Assembly: GCA_038065275.1 (NCBI GenBank) | Contig: JBBTRH010000002.1 | Location: 34,756-98,755, forward strand | Direction of reading: 5' to 3' | DNA: 64,000 nucleotides | Source: Patescibacteria group bacterium | GTDB taxonomy: Bacteria; Patescibacteriota; Patescibacteriia; SBBC01; CAIJZX01 | Shown here: positions 58,647-64,000 of the stretch, piece by piece | Layout of the letters: every line of letters begins with the position of its first letter | Numbering within the stretch: position 1 is the first letter of the stretch | Made by a program: the position numbers and the translations under genes | The notes under the pieces: model-generated | Database searches by the model: none | Told to the model about the DNA's origin: nothing | The model's input: only the letters and a program-made list of their open reading frames with translations

Positions 58647-60473
58647 CTATTCGGCCGCTTTCTTCTCGCGTTTGCGTGCTAAGGCATCGAGAACGCGCTT
58701 GCGGATACGAATAGATTTCGGCGTCACTTCGACATATTCATCCGGTCCGATGTATTCGAGGGCCAGTTCCAGCGACATCTCTTTCGGCGGCGTGAGCAGG
58801 ATCGCCGCATCGGATGCCTTCGAACGCATGTTCGACAGCTTCTTCTCCTTGCAGACGTTGATTTCCATGTCCTCATCGCGGGAACATTGGCCGACCACCA
58901 TCCCGGCATAAACCTCGACGCCCGGACCGATGAATAACGTACCGCGTTCCTGGGCGGTATCGAGCGCGTAGCCGGTGCTCATCCCCTGTTCGAAGGCGAT
59001 CAGCGATCCGTGACTGTTCGCGTTGAGCAGGTCCGGCTGAAACGGCTCGTATTTATTGAACAGGTGGTTGACGACGGCTTGGCCGCGGCACTTGGTCATC
59101 AGCGCCGACTTCAATCCAATCACGCCGCGGGTGGGCATATCATACTCGATCTGTATTTCGCCGTGGCGGCCGGTGTCGAGTGACAACATGGCTCCCTTTC
59201 GCGCGCCGCACACTTCAATCACGACGCCTTGGTACTCGGCCGGAACATCGATGGTCACCAGTTCATACGGTTCCATTTTATGGCCGTCTTTGGCATGCAT
59301 GATGACCTGCGGTTGCGACACTTGTAACTCGAATCCTTCGCGGCGCATCTGCTCGATCAGGACCGCCAAGTGAAGTTCACCGCGGCCGGACACCAGGAAA
59401 CTGTTGGCGTTGTCGGTCGGCTCGACGCGGAGCGCGACATTGGTTTCCAGCTCTTTCATCAGCCGCGCTTGAATCTGCCGCGAAGTGACCAATTTTCCTT
59501 CGCGCCCGGCGAACGGCGAGGTGCTGACGCCGAAGGTCATCTGGACGGTCGGCTGGTCGACTTCGATCGGAGGCAGGGCGACGGGGCGGTCCGCGTCCGC
59601 AATCGTCTCGCCGATAGCGATCGTCGGAATACCGGCCACGGCCACGATTTCACCGGCGTCGGCCGATTCGACCGCGACCTGTTTCAAGCCCTGATAGACC
59701 ATGATGTCCGTGACTTTACTTTTGACCACCGCGCCGTCAACTTTGATTTCGGCCACCGCTTGGTTCTTCGTAATTTTCCCGGCCGAGATTTTGCCGATGC
59801 CCATTTTACCTTTGTAGTCGTCGTTCATCAGCGCCAGCACCAGCAGTTGTAGCGGCTGGGCAGTGTTGACGGCTGGGGCTGGAACTTTAGCGATGATGGT
59901 GGCGAACAGCGGTTGCAAATCGGTGCCCGGTCGGGCCAGGTTAAGGGTGGCGGTGCCGGCCACGGCGTTAGTGTAGACGATCGTGAAGTCGTGCTGGGCG
60001 TGAGTAGCGTTCAGGTGCGAAAAAAGGTCGAAGGTTTTGTTGACGGTTTCATCCGGGTCAGCGTCGGGTTTATCGATTTTGTTGACTACCACGATCGCAT
60101 TCAGGCCGAGCTCCAGCGCTTTGCGCAACACGAATTTCGTTTGCGGCATCGGTCCCTCTTTCGCGTCGACCAGCAACAACACGCCGTCGGCCATCCGCAA
60201 AGTTCGTTCTACTTCGCCGCCGAAATCAGCGTGGCCAGGCGTATCAACGATATTAATCTTCACGCCGTTATAAAGCACGCTGGCGTTTTTCGCCTTGATG
60301 GTAATCCCCCGCTCCCGTTCCTGGTCCATCGAATCTAAAATCCGCTCGCCCATTTGATCTAAATTTCGAGCGGAATGTGTTTGCTTCAACATCGCGTCGA
60401 CCAAAGTGGTCTTACCGTGATCGACGTGAGCAATGATGGCGATATTTCTGATGTCAGTTCGTCTATCAATCAT
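58647..60473 (-). CDS. typA: Translational GTPase TypA/BipA
   Basis: [62 protein letters not shown]. Confidence 0.98.
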   Translation of the reverse strand: MIDRRTDIRNIAIIAHVDHGKTTLVDAMLKQTHSARNLDQMGERILDSMDQERERGITIKAKNASVLYNGVKINIVDTPGHADFGGEVERTLRMADGVLLLVDAKEGPMPQTKFVLRKALELGLNAIVVVNKIDKPDADPDETVNKTFDLFSHLNATHAQHDFTIVYTNAVAGTATLNLARPGTDLQPLFATIIAKVPAPAVNTAQPLQLLVLALMNDDYKGKMGIGKISAGKITKNQAVAEIKVDGAVVKSKVTDIMVYQGLKQVAVESADAGEIVAVAGIPTIAIGETIADADRPVALPPIEVDQPTVQMTFGVSTSPFAGREGKLVTSRQIQARLMKELETNVALRVEPTDNANSFLVSGRGELHLAVLIEQMRREGFELQVSQPQVIMHAKDGHKMEPYELVTIDVPAEYQGVVIEVCGARKGAMLSLDTGRHGEIQIEYDMPTRGVIGLKSALMTKCRGQAVVNHLFNKYEPFQPDLLNANSHGSLIAFEQGMSTGYALDTAQERGTLFIGPGVEVYAGMVVGQCSRDEDMEINVCKEKKLSNMRSKASDAAILLTPPKEMSLELALEYIGPDEYVEVTPKSIRIRKRVLDALARKREKKAAE

Positions 60474-60598
60474 AGCGACAGGAAATGCTTGCCCCCTCCT
60501 GCCCGAGGTCGCCGACGCGCCAAAGCCGCTTTGGCGACGGCGCGAGGGGTTAGGGGGTGGTGGGAGGCGATGTTTCGAATATCTGTTCGGCGGTCCAT
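60470..60598 (-). pseudogene. Orphan typA 5' end ([11 protein letters not shown], 60566-60598) read through a palindromic element as a 42-aa uORF
   Basis: Peptide identical to typA residues 3-12 but recoded; TGA overlaps the typA ATG (ATGA). Confidence 0.85.
60491..60565. repeat. Family C-like palindromic element with nested CGCCAAAGC/GCTTTGGCG hairpin
   Basis: Minus strand CCACCCCCTAACCCCTC...GGAGGGGG. Confidence 0.6.
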
Positions 60599-60685
60599 AG
60601 CAGTTGAAAAAAGCGCCACGGGCGCGAGACAACACTATAATGATTGCGCGCCGGCGTCAAGTGTTCGCATAAAAATCCCCTGGTC

Positions 60686-61063
60686 CTAGACCAGGGGTGA
60701 TTCGACGCTCAGGCTGTCGACTTCGTCACTGAAAACTTCCTCCCAACTGTCCATGGCCTTCTCCACCAAGCGGTACCCGCGGCGGTTGTGGCGACGGAGC
60801 GTATCGTGCTCCAGCTCGAAGAAGATGGTCGCCGCTTCGTCGCGCATCCACTTCACCATGTCGTCCGTCACCGGCAGGTTACGATAGCGGGAACCGTGGA
60901 GGCGCTTGAGGCGCATCAGCAGGGCCGCGACCGCGGTCCACAGCACCTCTTGCTCCGGCGTCAAATCTGGGCGTTTCCTTAAGCGGCTACCTGCTGACTC
61001 CTGGTTGACGCGACCGACCCCGAACTGCCGGACGAGACTGATAAAGAACTGTCGCACCAGCAT
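60686..61063 (-). CDS. Hypothetical helical protein
   Basis: GGAGG RBS, own promoter (TTGACA-16-TACGAT), hairpin at stop. Confidence 0.7.
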   Translation of the reverse strand: MLVRQFFISLVRQFGVGRVNQESAGSRLRKRPDLTPEQEVLWTAVAALLMRLKRLHGSRYRNLPVTDDMVKWMRDEAATIFFELEHDTLRRHNRRGYRLVEKAMDSWEEVFSDEVDSLSVESPLV

Positions 61064-61137
61064 GGTCTACCTCCCTGTCTCCAGGCCATGGGGTTTGAGG
61101 AACAGCCGTATCGTACTCCACCGCGAAAAAATGTCAA

Positions 61138-61240
61138 CCCAGCACCACTTTGGCTTATCCGTAGGTTTTTTTACCCGAGTTCATCTGCCATGAAAATCAA
61201 TTGGGCGGAAAACATGCATTTTATCCAAAGTGGTGCTGGG
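61138..61240. mobile_element. MITE-like element, family B, flanked by TCAA direct repeats
   Basis: Perfect IR CCCAGCACCACTTTGG/CCAAAGTGGTGCTGGG; TCAA at 61134-61137 and 61241-61244. Confidence 0.7.
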
Positions 61241-61327
61241 TCAACATCTTATTGTCGAGCAAGGCCGGCCGCGCTTGACGAGAACAAAAAAGTTGCCTGG
61301 TCGGTATTTTCAAGTCGAAACATTTTT

Positions 61328-61401
61328 TGGCTCCGGGACCTGGACTCGAACCAAGATTACCAGGTTCAGAGCCTGGCGTCCTACCATTAGACGATCCCGG
61401 A
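61328..61401 (-). tRNA. tRNA-Gln(CTG)
   Basis: Cloverleaf: TCCGGGA acceptor, CCAGG-CTCTGAA-CCTGG anticodon arm, GGTTCGAGT T-loop, encoded CCA. Confidence 0.97.
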
Positions 61402-61411
61402 ATGCAGACCG

Positions 61412-61440
61412 AGTATAAACAATCCGAGTCTTAGCGTCAA
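61412..61440 (-). promoter_or_regulatory. tRNA promoter
   Basis: TTGACG-17-TATACT. Confidence 0.7.
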
Positions 61441-61444
61441 CGCG

Positions 61445-63025
61445 CTAGGCCTCTCCGAAACTCGACACCACCTGCTCCCATAAATCCCCTGGTGGCGGTG
61501 CCGGCGCGGTGGCCGTCGGGTTCGGTGTGGCTTTGATCGCGGTCGGAATTGGCGCCGGCGTAGCGGTGGTCATGACGCTCAGCCGGACCGGTCGGCCGAG
61601 GGCACGCTGAAGCGCCGCAATCAACGGTTGGCTGTACTTCGGATCGCTCAAGCGATCGGCATGGAGTTTGAACGGCACGTGTAAAATCACTTCTTCGTCA
61701 TTCAGGTCGCCGATCGAAGCGTGCTGGACGCTCAGGCCCAGACTGGGGTGGGTGTGACCAATAGTCCGTTGAATTGCCTGCCAGGCCTGGCGGACGGCTT
61801 GGAGCGTTAATTGCGAGCCGGCAGATTTTCTTTTGACGGTCGGCGATGACGGCGTCGGCGGTGATGGGGGGCGGCCAGGCGCGATGGGCGGCGGCGTCGG
61901 AGGCGGCGAGGCCTCGCGTCCGGCCGTCGCCATGGAGGCGGTGATGGTGATGATCGCCAATTCGACCGGCAACTCGGCCATGACCGACCGGCTGAGCCGC
62001 CGCTCGGCGGTTAACCATACTTCGATCATCTGGTTGAGCTCGGCCACGGTGGCTGTTTGCGCTAAGTCGATCAGCCGCTGGACGTCGGTCCGGTCGAAAT
62101 CGGCGGCCACCTGCTGGATCAGGCTTGGATCGACCGCACTGAGCAACAGGGCGCGGGTGGTCATCACCAGCTCATGAACGAGATTCGGGATATCGCCGCC
62201 CTCGTCGCAGAACTGGTGGAAGCGGTTAAGCGCGTCAACCGTTCGACGCTGAAGGCACTCCTCGAGCAGATTGAGAATCAGTTGTTGATCGGATCGCGGC
62301 AGAACGAGATCGGCGATGTCATTGGTAATCCGCTGATCGGCGAAAGAAAATAGTTGGCCTAACATAGTCTCGGCGTCGCGCACTGATCCTCCGGCCCGGC
62401 GTGCAATCCGCCGCGCCACATCGTCGTCAAGCCGGCGGTGTTCGGCGGCGGTCAGTTTCTGCAGGCGGGCGATGATGTCTTCGACGACGATTTTCTTGAA
62501 GTCAAACCGCTGGGTCCGCGAGACGATCGTTTCCGGGATGCGGTGGACTTCAGTGGTGGCCAGAATAAACATGGCGTGAGCCGGCGGTTCTTCCAGGAGC
62601 TTTAACAGGGCGTTGAACGCCGAGGTCGACAGCATGTGGACCTCGTCAATGATAAAGACCTTCCGCTTGGCCATGGCCGGGATACTGTGAGCGCTGTGAA
62701 TGATGTTTTCACGGACATGGTCGACGCCGGTGTGCGAAGCGGCGTCGATTTCAACGATGTCGAGGCTACTGTTGGTAAGAATGGCTCGGCAACTGGCGCA
62801 GGCGTTGCACGGTTCGCCATTCGCCCGGCGGTCAGTGCAGTTGACGGCCCGGGCCAGGATTCGGGCCAGGGTGGTCTTACCGACGCCGCGCGGGCCGGCG
62901 AACAGATAGGCGTGGGCCACCCGATCCTGCTCCAAGGCGTGTTGCAGGGTGATCCGAACGTGTTGCTGGTCAACGACGTCAGCAAAGGTCAGCGGTCGAT
63001 AGGTGCGGTAGAGCGCCTCGGCCAT
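61445..63025 (-). CDS. dnaX: DNA polymerase III subunit gamma/tau
   Basis: ALYRTYRP, GPRGVGKTT, CNACASC, EIDAAS, IIDEVHMLS, LKLLEEPP, SRTQ. Confidence 0.97.
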   Translation of the reverse strand: MAEALYRTYRPLTFADVVDQQHVRITLQHALEQDRVAHAYLFAGPRGVGKTTLARILARAVNCTDRRANGEPCNACASCRAILTNSSLDIVEIDAASHTGVDHVRENIIHSAHSIPAMAKRKVFIIDEVHMLSTSAFNALLKLLEEPPAHAMFILATTEVHRIPETIVSRTQRFDFKKIVVEDIIARLQKLTAAEHRRLDDDVARRIARRAGGSVRDAETMLGQLFSFADQRITNDIADLVLPRSDQQLILNLLEECLQRRTVDALNRFHQFCDEGGDIPNLVHELVMTTRALLLSAVDPSLIQQVAADFDRTDVQRLIDLAQTATVAELNQMIEVWLTAERRLSRSVMAELPVELAIITITASMATAGREASPPPTPPPIAPGRPPSPPTPSSPTVKRKSAGSQLTLQAVRQAWQAIQRTIGHTHPSLGLSVQHASIGDLNDEEVILHVPFKLHADRLSDPKYSQPLIAALQRALGRPVRLSVMTTATPAPIPTAIKATPNPTATAPAPPPGDLWEQVVSSFGEA

Positions 63026-63026
63026 A

Positions 63027-63104
63027 TCTCGTTAGAAACTTCTTTTAATCAGCGTGGCGGGCATGGGGAAAAGATGTTGTGTCCCACCCAAGTTTCTAAC
63101 GGGA
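63027..63104. mobile_element. MITE-like element, family A, at the dnaX start codon, flanked by CATA direct repeats
   Basis: TCTCGTTAGAAACTT / AAGTTTCTAACGGGA (1 mismatch); CATA at 63023-63026 and 63105-63108. Confidence 0.7.
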
Positions 63105-63180
63105 CATAGACTAGTAGTGTACCCGAAGCAAGCGACCGGCCGCAAGATGGCCGGCGCTGTGGAGAACTCGGCTCGCCCCA

Positions 63181-63798
63181 TTAAACCAGTCCTTTGTCCG
63201 TTTCGCTCTGCTTGATGATGTTCTCGACCGCGGCCCAGCGCGATTCGCCGCTGGCCGGGACGAGGACCACCACCTCATCCCCCGGTTCGCCTTTGAAATA
63301 GGTGATCGACGCCAGCAAGACCTTGAAGTTCCGCCCGTCCGCCACCACGCGGTACTCGCCGGTGATATCGTCGCGGATCAGTTGGCCAATCAGGCGCTGG
63401 CGTTCGATCGGTCCGATCTGCTTGTAAATGAACGAACCGTCTCGGGTGATGGTCAGTTTCAACACGTCACCTTCCACCAGTTTCGACTTGGATGCGTAGT
63501 TAGCCGGAACGGAGTACTGCTTGCCATCCGGACCGAGCATGTTTTGCCCGTCGAACGCCCCCTCTATGATTTTGGCTCCTTCTTGGTCAATCCCCGTCGG
63601 CATGGTCGGCGGTCGCAGCCGGGCCGCCAGCGGCGTGATCTGGATCCCCCGGGTGACGAGCATTTGGCGGATGGTATCTAAAGCACGCTGGGCTGTTTCA
63701 AGCAACGGCAACACCTCGGCCGCATCAATGGCCTGGGGTTTCGGCTGATCGGCCGAATCATCGGCGGTCGTTATTGGAAGTTGATCTTGTTCATCCAT
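63181..63798 (-). CDS. Conserved hypothetical protein of a type I associate with CPR genomes
   Basis: IIEGAFDGQNM.GPDGKQYSVPANYASKSKLVEGD.LKLTI...YKQIGP; promoter TTGACC-17-TAAGCT at 63845-63873. Confidence 0.8.
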   Translation of the reverse strand: MDEQDQLPITTADDSADQPKPQAIDAAEVLPLLETAQRALDTIRQMLVTRGIQITPLAARLRPPTMPTGIDQEGAKIIEGAFDGQNMLGPDGKQYSVPANYASKSKLVEGDVLKLTITRDGSFIYKQIGPIERQRLIGQLIRDDITGEYRVVADGRNFKVLLASITYFKGEPGDEVVVLVPASGESRWAAVENIIKQSETDKGLV

Positions 63799-64000
63799 AT
63801 GTTTTGGTGTCGCGGCTAGGAATTCGGTTTCTGTTTGTGTAGTCAGCTTAGCACTAGGCCGGTTAACGGTCAAGACCGGCCGTAACCACGCGCGCCAACG
63901 GCCATTGTTAAGTGAACACTAAAAGTGTTCAATGACCCACGCGGTACAGATACACGGCCATGGTTTGCGGATCCGGTTTGTCTTTCAACACCGGCGTCCA

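Noticed and set aside
60474-60635. Extended N-termini in the ORF track (typA, 57249, 50399, 52724, 46578, 13546)
   Set aside because: Extensions overlap neighbouring genes, repeats or promoters; internal ATGs match family starts
60686-61401. Prophage or island integrated at tRNA-Gln
   Set aside because: No duplicated tRNA 3' end or integrase seen downstream

Overview
Chromosomal segment of a reduced-genome bacterium, most likely Patescibacteria/CPR of a Parcubacteria-like lineage. This is inferred from gene content: the pilM-N-O block, a CxxC-x17-CxxC protein, bifunctional PGI/PMI, N-rich membrane-anchored surface proteins and rplI. Translation uses the standard code. A GC-rich backbone (rpmA, pyrG, rplI, S41 protease, murA, malQ, typA, tRNA-Gln, dnaX) surrounds a ~27 kb, mostly lower-GC surface-glycan region with two gmd genes, fcl, wzm/wzt, about 14 glycosyltransferases including a GT11 fucosyltransferase, methyltransferases and a lipid-linked glycosylation module. 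The main unannotated signal is a recurring architecture in which a gene terminus is present twice: an intact copy and a short orphan copy with a similar peptide but recoded codons. Cargo genes or palindromic elements lie between the two copies. There are five cases: pyrG 3', the gene at 10675 3', uxs 5', the gene at 56266 3' and typA 5'. The tandem promoter+gmd pair may be a sixth. Both 5' orphans form uORFs that stop at or next to the new start codon. Also present: three families of dispersed inverted-repeat elements (several touching promoters), a 6S-like RNA candidate, an unannotated orphan HicB-like gene, an in-frame TAA splitting a GT2-methyltransferase frame and an apparently catalytically dead HtrA homolog. 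No integrase, transposase or CRISPR array was seen. All calls are from reading the sequence by eye; no database search was run.
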